In this document: positions 14,599 to 27,999 of the stretch, one piece after another
Numbering within the stretch: position 1 is the first letter of the stretch
How the letters are laid out: each line of letters opens with the position of its first letter
Assembly (NCBI GenBank): GCA_964016885.1
Contig: OZ024743.1
Coordinates: 27,776,001-27,840,000 of the forward strand
DNA: 64,000 nucleotides
DNA from: Eledone cirrhosa
Lineage: Eukaryota
Reading direction: 5' to 3'
The notes under the pieces: model-generated
Told to the model about the DNA's origin: nothing
Database searches by the model: none
The model's input: the letters and a program-made list of their open reading frames with translations, nothing else
Position numbers and translations under genes: made by a program

Positions 14599-16496
14599 TA
14601 TCCTTTGGTATAAAGGACTGTAACTGATAAAGGAATCCAAATACACCACTCACGTTTTGATTAGCTTTCTTTCCCTTTGACATGACAGAAAGGATAATAA
14701 TAATAATAATACAAAGAAATGTTCAGCTTTATAACTTCTAGAAAAGGGTTTAAGATTCAGCATGGGAACAGAAGTGCTGGAACTACTTAATTCATCTGAC
14801 AAAAACAAAATAAAGATTTCAGCTTGAATATAGATAGCACAATGTATATTGAAGTATTGGATCGAGGAGAAACACAAGTCATTTGAAAATGCTGTAATAA
14901 TTAGTTCTTGAATATTTCTGTTTCCCAGTTTATCATTGTTGACGTAGCCCATGAGCTTGTCATCACTACTCTCACTTAGAAACATTGATAATTTATGTCA
15001 TCTAAGATTTGTGTTTTTCTATAAAAGCTTTGTAAAATAGCTTTTGTTTTAGCTGCATGAGTTAACCATTTGATATCTGACGTTATTTTCACAATGGGCA
15101 AATGAACACGCCCATCAGATAATACACCACAAACGAGATACGAGATAAAAGCAACCAAATGTGCACAAATTCAAAGAAAATTAATGCCTCTCGATAACAT
15201 TTAAGAGTGCATATTGTAACCAAGTTTAGTGATGATAATGATGATAAATGATGAATATTAAACATCGGATAAAAAGGAGCAAATCATATTTATACATAGA
15301 TCTGAATGATATAAATATAATGAAATAGGTTTTAACACTGTAAAGCTTGGAGAATGGTGACTTTTCCCTGCATTGTCATTATACGTGCAGCGACTTGTAT
15401 AGTTCTTGACTGGGCTACATAAAATTGACCATGCACAAGTAGATCAATTGAAAAGAAAATATCAAGATTTATTGAATGCCATTGTGAATGTCACTCGAAC
15501 TGAAACCTACAAATGCGTAGAGAATGGTGGACGCGTGTCAGAATGGTCGTAGTTTAATCCCTGGCACAATAGCATATGTTACATAATGTTCGCCTGCTGT
15601 GACAATATCGAATTCAATCAAACGATCATACAAATTAATTTGTCGAATTCTGTTGCAAAGCTTATTGACTTCACTTAAATTTCGAAACAGCATGACAACA
15701 TAGTCAATTTTCAATTGGCTTCGTTGACGATCGAATTCTCTTTACCTTTTTACATTTTTACTTTCTCCGTTGGTGTTTTTCGCTATTCCTTTCCGATAAC
15801 ATATTTTCCTGTCTCTTTGTTTCGTTCCATTGATCCTTCTTTGTCCAATATTTACATGTACAGAGAAAGAACAAAAGTTGTCTGAATATGAGCTACAGTG
15901 TTTAACCCTGTTTAATCATATAACACTGTATATTTGGTTAAATCTTAAATTGTTTATCTTATATGTTGTGATATACCGATATAATATTTGATACGGTATA
16001 TGAATGTATATGGAGCGTTTAGAATTAAATGACTACGAAAGAAATATCTTCCACGTACACACAGAGTGCAGGGTAAATTAAATTGAAAGAAAGTATCATG
16101 TAAGGAAAGGAAGTTTGAAAGTAAATTTGAAACCCTTCCCCCGTTTACACACTCATATCCTTCATGGCAAAAAGATATAGTGGATGAATTCAGTTCAGTT
16201 TATTGTTGAAATCCCAGATCAAAGCACACACACACACACAGACACACACACATATATATATATACACTAACACACAATGTTATTTTACAGTTAGTAATAC
16301 AGATTTGTGGTCTAACACCCAAACTTAAATGTATGTTTATTACTGTTTTTCTTAACCGCGTACAATGTGAGTAGAAACCATACACATCTGTTATTAAAAT
16401 CGCAAATTACAGGTTGACTAAAGTTGCGGTCTCTATTTTTTATTAATCTAGTTCGTTTAACCAACCTTATTTATGAGACATATAATGGTTTATGAT

Positions 16497-16679
16497 TTAG
16501 GCACAAGGCCAGCAATTTTGGGGAGGATGTGGGGAAGTTGATTAAATCGACTCCAGTGCGTGACTGGTACTTTATTTTATCGACCCCATAAGGATGAAAG
16601 GCAAAGCTAACCTCTTCGGGAATTGAACTCAGATCAAGCATATTTCCGACGTTCTACCAATACTGCCAATCCACCGCCC
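16497..16679 (-). mobile_element. Nin-domain SINE
   Basis: ggcacaaggccagcaatt...cgaccccataaggatgaaaggc...tactgccaatccaccgccc. Confidence 0.85.
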
Positions 16680-17664
16680 ATTTGTGAGAAAAATAATAAG
16701 TTCAATTATTGTATGACTTGTTTATTGATTTGAAGAAACATCAAAGTAATTAATTAGAAACCAGAATAAATGAAGTCTGCACTTTAACTGTTGCCTTTCA
16801 GTTTTATTATTGTAATTTGTTTAAGTTAAAATGTATTACTGAATCTTGAAATACTCCATGTATTCGATCTCATTAAATACTAAGTCCAGTCCTGTTAACT
16901 CTCTCGATCCGACGGGGAGATCTCCAACGCACTTTGGGGTGAGAGATGTCTTCTCTTGTGAAAATGGGTATAGCTTTCATTATGTAAAATCTCCCCATTT
17001 TGCCTCATTTCTCCCCGTTTTGTGGCACCTTTTTTCATGGTACTCTCCGTTTGGGTTTTTAGAGGTAGGCAGGTCTGCAAGTCGTTCATGAAATTTGAAG
17101 GCAGCATAGTCCTAAAGTAGCAAACAAGTACAGAATCACTGAATCAAAATTGTATTTTGTACATATTTAGCATGGAGCTTTTGAAAATGCAAAACCCGTA
17201 GCATATATTACACTTGTTACTTGGATAATACGACCCAAGAACGCGTATGTACATTTATTTTTAAATATATGTGAATTTCCTCATGTCATTCGGGGAAATG
17301 GTCAGTGTAACATGGACTTCAGTTTATTTATTCTAAAGAAAAACTGGTTTCACCAGGCTTGTTCAGCGGTTGACACACAGCACTGTAAAAGACTTGTCAT
17401 TGCCTTTAATACTAAAAGAACTATTCACTTTGTAAGCAAGCACGGTCATGATTATTTCAATCAGACTGTTGTGGACGGAATAATTGAAAGGAAATTGTAT
17501 CTTGCAGCTGTTTACATGAATACAGTTTCTTTTGATCTCTACCTTAATAACTTAATGACTGCATCGTCTAAACTCTCTCGTGGTTTTATTGAACAAGGTT
17601 ATTATTACATGCTTTGTGTTAATAAATATTTTCTGAACTACAGAATCGGATGTATAATAATAAT

Positions 17665-17860
17665 AACTGTTTCTACTTTAGGCACAAAGCCAGCAATCCG
17701 AAGGGAAGAGAAACATCGATTAAATCAATCCCAGTGCTTACTATCGACCCCGCAAGGATGACAGTCAAAGTTAACCTGGGCGGAATTTGAACTCAGAACG
17801 TAAAAGGACGTAACTCTATACCGCAAAACATATTGTTCGACGCTCTACCGATACTGCCAA
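17665..17860 (-). mobile_element. Nin-domain SINE
   Basis: atcgaccccgcaaggatgacagtcaaagttaacc...ggaatttgaactcag. Confidence 0.8.
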
Positions 17861-19719
17861 TAATAATAATAACGATTGTGATGACGATGATGGTGACGAT
17901 GAAGATGATGATGATGATGATGATGATGATGGTTGTTGCGGTGCTTGTCGTCATGTTGGTGGTGGTGACGGTGGCAATTTCTTTTATTTTGACAGCAGCA
18001 GAAGTTCATACATACAATAAATCGTATATATTAGTGTTACAAAGCACGAAGAGATGAGCAATGCGATACTGCATAAAGGGGATGAAGAAATGAAAACGTT
18101 ATACTGCTGTTGTTTTTTTAATTCATAAAATAAATAGATAAATGTATGTATACACCTATGTAATTAAAATAGACGAATATAACCCAAATCTAAATGATCA
18201 GTCTACCCACCTACTAGTTTCGTCCTGAGCCCTCCGTCTGACTACTACTTCACATGTTAAAATATTGTGCATCTAAACTTGCCCGAGATCATATATGGCG
18301 TTGGATGGGAGAATATAAAACAATGAATTTTCCCAATAATACTTGTTTTGTAATATAGTAGACATTCTTTGTGATCTTCAACAATATTGTATCGTCCGAG
18401 GTGTCCTTTAAGCTCACGTCCTATCTTCCGCTTCCTCATCAGCACATCATACTCATATTTACATTTCAAAATGCCAAATTTTGTTCTCAAGGTCAGTTCC
18501 TTGATTGCAGGATCATGAAATACATGTTCTGTAGAACTGGGATCACAACCGTTCATCATGCATGCTTCTTGTTTGTAATTTATTTATGTTTGTCTCAATA
18601 ATTTGTTATTCTTGACCTAATACTGCTTCAGGTTTGGCTTTCTAGTTGTCATCTCCTAGCATCGGAGTTAGAAGCAGCTTCTCAGCTAAACTCGGGTCTA
18701 CGATTGCTAGTGGGAAATAGTGTCTTCTGGGCCATGTTGATTTCTTACTGGATTTTTTATTGTACCTGGTTCTCTTCTGCGTATGCCAGCTCTTCAGAGT
18801 AGAAAGTTTGTTCTATTGTATTCACAATAAGTTACATCTCCGAGAAGTATCGGTTGCCGTCAGTGTAATTAAAACCTGCATGTTCTTGTAGATTCATCCG
18901 ATCACGTCATTTCTGATCATTTTGACGTTATCTGTCCGTAATGTGTTGCAAAATTAATAACCAGTCAAAGGTCAACGCAAGATTAGTTGTCTCTGGCTGT
19001 CTCTTGTATTATAATACTCCATATATTGTATCCTGTAAAAAAGGTGCTGGCTGCACTGATTCGACCCGTCATCTCATTTTGTACAACCAAGCATATACAC
19101 GTATATATATTATCGTGGGGGATGACAACAACATCCGCCTAGATGCTGGTCAGTATTTATGGTAAATGTTTGATTGAAAGCACACTAACGCCTTTGAGAG
19201 CTAGATCATGTTCTTGGGGTTACATCTATCTTCGATAAAATTGACTGAAAAATATGCAGAACTACGTGATATATTTCTCTTATGCTTTCTTTTCGGAGTC
19301 CTGTCTCATATTCAAATTTGTTCTCTCCGTCGAAATATTTGCAAAATTATTTTTGTTATTGGGTCTTTTGTGATTATCAGCGCTGCGTAAATAACACCAG
19401 CGCCTGTGTTTACATTACAAAATTGTTTCTCTGTGATTTTCTGTCTATTTTCAAAAGTGTCAATATCTGCATTTGTATTTATAATTAAATGTTTTCTTTT
19501 CTAATTATCATTATTTTTACTTTGAAATTTTTTAAAGTTTCATATTCAATGTTGAACAAAGTTTCCTTTAAATACATTGAGGAAATTTGTATGTTGCTCC
19601 TACCTGTATAAATCTACCACGTATGAAGAAACTACAATGTAAATAAACGTTTTCAAAATAACCCATATGAAAATGTTCAAAAGCAATTCCTTATAATTTT
19701 ACTCAAATCTAATACAATA

Positions 19720-20620
19720 GACAGGGGCAGTAGGGGTTATACAGAAACTTAGAGTAAACAATATAAAAGCAACAACGATAAACAACATAATTATAACAAT
19801 ACAAATTCCTCAATATGGAGCAGGACTACTCTGAGGTTATTCCGGAACCCCCACCAATCCTGAACCACCTGACGCTCTAAGAACACCCGATAATAATTTC
19901 TTTATTGGCCACAAGAACCGAAACATGAAAGGCAATACAAAAGACAGTGGGGTTTATAAAAAGAGACATCGAGTAAAAAAAGGGGAAGATAACGATAAAC
20001 AACAAAATACAAAACAATGAAAATTCCCCAATAGTGTACCATCCAAGGGTGAATTAGAAGCCCCACCAATCCTAAACCACCCTACTCTCCAAGAGCCCCT
20101 TATCAGGTCGCCCCTCTCCTCTCCAAACTATACAGCCAATAGCCACATGGTCAGAGTACAGGTGATCCCCATTACATTCACCCTCCTTTTAACAAATGTA
20201 ATGAGGGGCAGCACTTCTATCTTCACCCTCACCTTCCTTTCCACGTGGAACTTGAAAAAGTTGATAAGGGCTTGTTAGAAGAGGAAAGTGTCTGATTTCA
20301 GTCTTTTCAGCCGCGTCCACCACACTGCTTTTGCTACAGCCACCAGGTCTTTGATAGCCGGATCCGTCCTACACGTGATAATAGCTGTTCGACAAACTCC
20401 ACAAGTCAGTAATGCATGGACACTGGACGAGTGCATGGAAAACAGTTTCGTTGCTCTGCGTGCATCTCGGACAAATCTGTCTGATTGCACTTCCGTGCCT
20501 ATAGAGTTTATCTCGAACTCGTACTACCGCCGGTAGCACAGCTAACCCAGGGATTTCTGGCAGTTTTCTATAGTCCCCGGCTGGAAAGTTCTCCGGAACA
20601 AACTGTTCAATTCGATTTTG
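19720..20620 (-). mobile_element. Tx1/L1-like LINE 3' remnant
   Basis: Minus strand 'VHALLTC...LVAVAKAVWWTR...LINFFKFHVERKVRV' resembles the ORF2 C-terminus. The 3' part is duplicated (ccccaccaatcct..accacct at ~19848 and ~20061). Confidence 0.6.
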
Positions 20621-20632
20621 TCGATGATCATG

Positions 20633-20679
20633 TGATGAGGATGATGATGAGGAGGATGATAATTATGATGATGATGATA

Positions 20680-20750
<71 letters not shown>
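20633..20750. repeat. (GAT)n microsatellite
   Basis: Directly visible. Confidence 0.97.
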
Positions 20751-21738
20751 AGAGGAGGAGGAAATGAGGGTGAAATCTATAAAAGAAATAGGTATAAAAA
20801 TAACATTCTCTCACAGGGGTGAATACCAACTAAGCTAATTTTCAAATAGAAAACTATTTGAAACGTGGGGAGGCGTATGAGTGAAGCAGAGTATATATTT
20901 TTTGTTTTGTTTTTTTATTTGTTAAAAAAACACGTTGTTGGGCTTGATTACATGGGCTTGATTACAAAGGAATTTAGCTGCTATTTCGCTCAGCGACAAC
21001 GTAGATGCGCTCTCAGTGGTTCGAGATAGGAATGTTTTATTTATGTAGGTAGAAATATTTAATTGTTTTGAAATAGTTTTACTAAAGCAAACAGTCAGAC
21101 ATTTCCCCAGTTATCTTATATTTACGAAATTCCAAACATATTTCAAATTTGATTTACATTTGTATTAACATTGTTTCCTTTATTATTTCAGGTGTACACC
21201 ATATGGAAAGAGGAATATAATTGAGGAACCTTGGATTAACAAGACTGTTTTCGAGTAATTATTCGGATATTCTAATTCAAGGATTTATACAAATACAGAG
21301 TGTATATCGATATTTCTCCCAAGTGGAACAGATTTTACTGATGATCCGAATATTTTACACGTCAGCTTATTCTGGAAAGCAATTATTCCAGATATATAAT
21401 ATCACTTGATATATCTAACATTTTTATGCCAGCAAAGGAACAAATATTCCAAATACACATAGAAAGAAAAGAAAAATTTAGATCTGTAAATCAACTAAAT
21501 TGATTACACACATAAAAAATATACTTAAAGTATATACATATGATCGCATTTTCGTTCCTTCGATCGATTTTAATTAAAGCTTCAAAGTACATTTAGTAGT
21601 CGCTTTTCCCAGTTTTTTTATCTAACTTGTTTTCCTTTAGAATTGCAAGAAAACATTCAGCAGGAATAAAAACTCCGATTCTCCGATTCTGATTGAGAAT
21701 GATTTAATACATACATACATACATATATACATACATAT

Positions 21739-21786
<48 letters not shown>

Positions 21787-24317
21787 GCAGCCATGAATTA
21801 TATAGAAACTAAAAAGAAATGAAAATGGCTATAATTATGTTCTTTGAATGAACCGTTATTGTTTATGGAAGAATGTCCGAACATAACACTACTGTAACCG
21901 ATCAATACACGGAAAATATAAAGCAAATCATTTCCAATACAATCATTTTATGAAGAGAAACGTAGCTAAAAAGATAAATGAATAAAAAGGGTACATGGAA
22001 TAAAAAGTATATCTGATTTCAAACACACGTACACGTGCACACACGCACGCATACATACACACACTTACAAATACAAAGACACTCACATATACAGACACAC
22101 ACACGTATATATACATACACACACATATATATATATTTGTGTGTGCATGTAAGTAACCTATTTCTATATGCACATATATATGTGTGCGTGCGTGCGTGTA
22201 CGTTGTTTGTGATTAAACAAAAATACATAGGAGACTGGAGGATTTATGTACAAATTAATATATCAATAGCAAATAGATGCCATTCAAATGTCCTATGATA
22301 TTGACAACCATTATACGCACATCAATAACAAGCTATAACAGAAAAGATAGGATGATGAATTAATTGAAAGTAGTCTTTAATTTACATTTTAAATAGACGG
22401 GCATTGTAAAGAGATAACCCGGAACCAAGTCCGTTACACAGCTTTGATTTAATTTCCGGTTGTATATATATATATCATTTGGATACATTACTAATGTCAC
22501 AATGAAAGGCATTTACACCACACAGTCTCATTCCTCTTCCCTTTATGTCAAAGAAATGTTTGCCTATGTAAGGAATGTTTTCTGTGATATGACGCAGCAT
22601 TGAGGAGTGTTATTGCACTTTAACAAACTTTTGTTACAACTATTCCGTGCGTTGAGACATGAATCGATTTTAAGATCGATTTTAAGATCTTGTCCAGTGA
22701 AGATAAAATCGCATTTCACTATTTATTACTTAATTCACAAATCTAAATTTGCTTCGTGTTATTAAGAGTTCGTCAATCATTTTCACTTGTATCATTAATA
22801 CATTTGAAAAACCTCTTGAATGTATCAATATCTTTTACAACTCTACAAATTACATTATTTTCTGTGTTAGACACCGTTTTTTGCTAATGAACCTCAAAAA
22901 CGAGAATGTAAAGGCATTCCTCATTGTCAATGTTTTGAAACTCGGTGTTATGCTTTTAAAGATTCTTCAAATAAAATGTAATTATATGCTTACGACAATC
23001 TGTACTACTGAACTACAACAAATGCAACAAAAGCGAGAACAACAACAACAAAAGTAACCGAAGTCCATTATAATCCAAATTTGCTGGTTGTCTCTGAAAA
23101 AGAATACAGCAAAAACGACCGAAATCGTTATTTAGATCCCTGTGTAAATATTGTGTATAAGAAAGGGAAACAAACCTAATACTCCAATAATGTGCAAAGA
23201 AAAGCTGTTTTATGAGTCTTGAATGTAGTTCACTGTTATTGAATGTTCGAATTAACAGCAATTGACATACTATCTGATCAATAAGTACTTCATCATTAAT
23301 TAAGATATTGATGTAACATTACTATCAATAATCCACGATAACAATTGACAGACAATCCTACTTAAATAACAGTTTATATTAATGATGATATGCTTTGCCA
23401 CAATCGGATATTTAAATAAAGAACAACTAAAAGAAAATGCAATAAAACATAACTGCTTAAGAGAAGAAAACTGAAATAAAATCTTGAGTTTTGTAGAGCT
23501 TCATTATTTTCTACACACTTCAATGAGTTTCTTGAATCAAGGACTGCCCCATATTAAATCTTTCTATATGTATTAATGAATCACTATACCTTTGGAGTAA
23601 AATTGATTCGTAATATACAGGGACTTAGATTTTTATATAACAAGAAAAATATTTCAGGTTTTTTTTAAAAATTCTGTTCGTGCAAAAACAACAAAAAGTA
23701 TAATAATCGTTTCTTTAATAATAATAAAATGTATTCTTCCGTTTGATTTAAATTAATCAAAGTATAAAGGTAATAATTTTGTCTCGGACACTTTCAAAAG
23801 CCGATTCTTTTTGGAATATTGAAACATACTAATCTTCTGTTTTTCCTATATACAGATCAGTATTGGATTATCCGAGTTTCCAAACAAGATCTGAGATATT
23901 AAAGATTGTTATTGAGGGATCAACCTTACGAACTATTTATATCTCTACCTACCTACCAACCTAACTACCTACCTACCTACTTATATATTTACCTTCCTAC
24001 CTATCTACTTACCTACCTGCTTACCTACCTACATACCTACCTACCTACCTCTCTTTCTATGTTTATATGAGGAGGAAAGAGGCACATTATTTACTAATTA
24101 ATTGAAGAGCATTATTGCAGTGGATTCCAAGAACATGAACTTATTCATAAGAACAAAATAAAAGAAAAATACTTATAAGGTTAAATATAAATAGTGTCCA
24201 GTAAAAATGGCTGACATCATTGACCCTGTTTAAACATTATGATAATGTATGTAAATATTAATTAGTCTAAATAATCAATTATAAATAAAAAGGAAGCAAT
24301 TACTTTAGCTCAATACA

Positions 24318-24329
24318 TGTCGTTTACAG
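24318..24329 (+). promoter_or_regulatory. Candidate splice acceptor upstream of the SK coding exon
   Basis: tgtcgtttacag ends at 24329, where AT-rich sequence changes to exon-like composition about 85 nt before the ATG. Other acceptor-like sites end at 21191 and 23855. No transcript evidence. Confidence 0.35.
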
Positions 24330-24413
24330 AATTGGTATTTCTTCATTGTTACTGGCATTTGCGAAGTATCGTACTTGCCAGTAAAGCCTTCTTATCTCCG
24401 ATTGTATCGGGGA

Positions 24414-25850
24414 ATGAGTTCACTTATTGAAGACCCTGAGATACCTTTAGTAGGCATGAATAACCACAAGTGTCGTTCGTACTCCAGCACCAACAATGAA
24501 GATTTCAAGGCCAATTCTAACAGCATTACCAGTATCCGTCGTTACGGAACGGTTGGTAAACGATTGGCTATTCGGCGTGAGCTCTATCAGAAGAGACGCC
24601 GTATGGGTGATGTCTCCCTGTTGTTGGCTACCTTCGGAACCGTCCTCATGATGATTGAACTCGAGTTGTGCCTTTTTTCCGTCATTGATAAAGCTTCGGC
24701 AATGTCGTTTTTTATCAAGGTCGGCATATCCATCTCCACAATTAGCCTTTTAGTGGTTTTGACGCTTTACCATCGGGTGGATATTCAATTGTTTACCATA
24801 GACAATTGTGTAGATGATTGGTGTCTTGCTATCGATCGGACGCGTGTGTTGAAAATTGGAATAGAAATGTTGATATGTAGTGTACACCCAATTCCTGGCA
24901 CTTATATGAGCAGCGGTCGCCAAGGAAACACCGCTACCCAATCTTCTTTAACATCGTCCACAATATCCTCAGGGTCTCTAAATACGTCTTCATCTTCTCT
25001 GTCTTTCGATATTCCTTCATATGATGTATTTCTAGCTCTACCCATGTTCTTGAGAGTGTACCTTTTATGTCGTAGTGTCATGCTGCATAGCAGACTTTAC
25101 GAGGACGCTTCCTCCCAGAGTCTCGGTGCACTTAATCGAATCCACTTCAATTTTGCCTTCATTTTTAAATCTTTTATGTCTCTTCATGCGGAGCATGTAC
25201 TTATAATGATAACTATCATAGCATTTCTTATTAGTAGTTGGTGTTTACGCCTGTGCGAAATTCAATTTCGTCCGACCGAAGCTACAATGTTGAATTCAAT
25301 GTGGCTTATTGCTGTCACATTTCTATCGGTCGGTTATGGGGACATAGTACCTATATCGTATTGTGGCCGGGGTATAGCTGTCATCACAGGAATCATAGGT
25401 GCTGGCTGTACCGCCTTAGTGGTAGCCGTTTTAGCGCGGAAACTAGAATTAACACGTGCTGAGAAGTATGTGCATGATTTCGTTATAGATGCAGATCTGA
25501 ACAAACGAATAAAGCACGAAGCGGCAAATGTGTTAAGAGCTGGTTGGTTAATATACAAGGCCAATAAAAACCGCGCTTCAAAGCGAGCCATCAACGAGCA
25601 CCAACGTAAGATGTTACGCGCCATCTACCACATCCGTGAGCGGAAAGCCCAACAACGAAGATTGCTGGACAGTACAGTAACCCTTGTTGAAGTAAACAAA
25701 GGTCAGTCGGATATGTCTCTGAATATCGATCAACTTCGTAATAAACAGCAAGCTATGGAGGAACAAATTCTGAACATAAAATGTGCTGTGGGAGGAATAC
25801 ACGAGAAATTGGATGGACTTTATTATATCTTAAATAAACCGACATTATGA
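24414..25850 (+). CDS. Small/intermediate-conductance Ca2+-activated potassium channel (SK/KCNN-like), divergent paralog, CDS in one exon (478 aa from first ATG)
   Basis: Uninterrupted ORF with SK hallmarks: S3 'VHPIPG', S4 'LPMFLRVYLLCR', S4-S5 'LHSRLYEDASSQSLGALNRI', pore 'WLIAVTFLSVGYGDIVP', S6 'GAGCTALVVAVLARKLELTRAEK', CaM-binding 'AANVLRAGWLIYK...HQRKMLRAI' and a C-terminal coiled-coil-like tail. First ATG is at 24414; the ORF track starts at an upstream TTG. Confidence 0.95.
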   Translation: MSSLIEDPEIPLVGMNNHKCRSYSSTNNEDFKANSNSITSIRRYGTVGKRLAIRRELYQKRRRMGDVSLLLATFGTVLMMIELELCLFSVIDKASAMSFFIKVGISISTISLLVVLTLYHRVDIQLFTIDNCVDDWCLAIDRTRVLKIGIEMLICSVHPIPGTYMSSGRQGNTATQSSLTSSTISSGSLNTSSSSLSFDIPSYDVFLALPMFLRVYLLCRSVMLHSRLYEDASSQSLGALNRIHFNFAFIFKSFMSLHAEHVLIMITIIAFLISSWCLRLCEIQFRPTEATMLNSMWLIAVTFLSVGYGDIVPISYCGRGIAVITGIIGAGCTALVVAVLARKLELTRAEKYVHDFVIDADLNKRIKHEAANVLRAGWLIYKANKNRASKRAINEHQRKMLRAIYHIRERKAQQRRLLDSTVTLVEVNKGQSDMSLNIDQLRNKQQAMEEQILNIKCAVGGIHEKLDGLYYILNKPTL

Positions 25851-26805
25851 GAAGAAAAAAAACACTGAATAAAAGAGTGAAGAAAACAAAACTGAGGCTG
25901 TGTTAATTCTGCTTATATACATATATATGGATCCTAAAATAATAACATATTTAAATTTATAGTTTTCACTCAAGAAAAAAAAAGGTAAACAGAATCTGCT
26001 CAGCATTCATAGGTTCAAAATTCAGATTCGAACTTTATAAATGATCAATGCATGGAAGAAATAATGTATGAACGGATTGAAACGTGTGAAAAAGAATAAA
26101 TAATGAACCGAAAGAAAGAATATATACATGATCACGTTGTGAAGCTTGAATCATGCATTTAACAGATTTACTTCTGAGTTGTAGATACGAACTATTGTTT
26201 ATCCTATATGTAGCGATCATAAATTGGTCAGCAACTATTGAATCCGGTATCGAAACAAAGTTTCATCATTGCTGTGTTTCAATGGCCAGATGAATGGGTG
26301 TAAAAACGCTTTTTTTTAATTTGAATATTGTTTAAGCACAACTATTGCCTTTTAATAAATGTTTAACTCAATAGTGCATACATTCTACGTATGCGTATAT
26401 ATATATCTCTCTCTATTTCTCTCTCTCTCTCTCTCTCGCTCTCTCTCCCTCTCTCTATCTATCTATCTAACTATCTATCTATCTCTTTCTACATGCATAT
26501 ATATGTGTGTGCGCATATATATATGTTTTTATTCATATATAAAACAAAAATATTAACTGAATAAAGAACTCACTACGTGAATCAGAGTTTAATATTTCTT
26601 TTAAATGTCATTTAATTTGAAGTTTCATTAAGTCTTTTCAAGCTGTGGCGAAACAATTGTATGTCAATATAACTATGCAAGGGTCACTAGTGGTGGGAAA
26701 CCTTTTAATAAAGGGTGGAGTAAAATATTTGATAAGAATAATAATGAAAAAACTATAAATATGATCATAATGGGGTTGTATTTAATACACGATAAAGAAA
26801 TAGAA

Positions 26806-27153
26806 AATAATTGTTTCTATTTTTGGCACAAGGCCAGCAATTATCCCAGTGCATTACTGCTACTTTATTTATTCGACCCTGTAAGGAATGGGAAATAATT
26901 GTTTCTATTTTTGGCACAAGGCCAGCAATTATCCCAGTGCATTACTGCTACTTTATTTATTCGACCCTGTAATGAATGGGAAATAATTGTTTCTACTTTT
27001 GGCACAAGGCCAGCAATTACCCAGTACATTACTGGTACTTTATTTTATAGACCCCTTTAAGGATGAAAGGCAAAGTTAACCTCGGCGGGATTTGAACTCA
27101 GACCGCAAAGGGAAGTAACTATGCTAGAAAGCTTGGCGTCCAGCCCTCTACCG
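26806..27153 (-). mobile_element. Nin-domain SINE with its 3' ~88 bp triplicated
   Basis: aaataattgtttcta..ttggcacaaggccagcaatt... occurs three times; only the last copy continues into the tRNA head. Confidence 0.85.
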
Positions 27154-27714
27154 AATGAGATATGAAAGGAGAGCATTGAAACAAATCATTAACCCAGCAG
27201 TATTTTATAATTTGAACAGCTAACGATGCGTTATAATAAGCAAATACATCTTTCCAAATTATTTACGTCCATATATATAGTGGTTCTATAAAGAATAGTT
27301 CCGGCGAAAGTTAATGAGGGATATTTCAGCACAATCTTGTCTATGATCTAAGGTATACTTTGTTGTATAATTATATATTAAAACAAAACAGTTAACTCGT
27401 AATATTTAATTAAGCGTGAATAATAAGGGACTGGTAACGTGCACCACAATGGTACTGCATTCCACGAATTCTCTTATAAATAAACATAAGTTCGTATGTT
27501 CCAAGTTGTAGGCAACGGCTGGCACTTAAGTAGATGAATATGTACATAGAGTGTTGTTCCTTTTAACTAGTGGTAGAATATATATAAGAATAGTGCACCA
27601 TGAAGCATTGCATTAGACATTGGAAATGGTACTAATTAGAAAAAATAATTAATTTAGAGTAATTTTATAAATTGGCATATTATTGTGGGAAACATAAACA
27701 TAGTTTTCGATCAA

Positions 27715-27896
27715 ATGGACACCAATGCGTTAGTAGTACTTTATTTTATCGACTCCTTAAGGTGGAAAGGCAAAGCTAACCACCGCGGGATTTTAACTCA
27801 GAGCGTAAAGGGATGTAACTCTATGTCCCTTTACGTTCTGAGTTCAAATCCTGTCGAGGTTAGCTTTGTTTTTCATAATTACGGGGTCGATAAAAA
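27715..27896. mobile_element. Inverted pair of SINE fragments forming a hairpin
   Basis: ttttatcgac...aactcagagcgtaaaggga / tccctttacgttctgagtt...gtcgataaaa. Confidence 0.8.
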
Positions 27897-27999
27897 GGGC
27901 TTATATAACTAGAAGAGTAAAAAAGGTAACAAAGTAACAATTAATTTACATCAACAGATTGCCTAGAGTTTCTTCTAGAACGACATCGTTTTTACCCAC

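Noticed and set aside
18200-19400. Possible decayed LTR-element integrase region, with a GAAAC-ta-GTA half motif at ~18215 (-)
   Set aside because: No diagnostic protein motif or complete ribozyme core could be confirmed by eye.
24375-24413. ORF-track N-terminal extension of the SK channel
   Set aside because: It starts at TTG. The first ATG is at 24414, although an upstream coding exon cannot be excluded.
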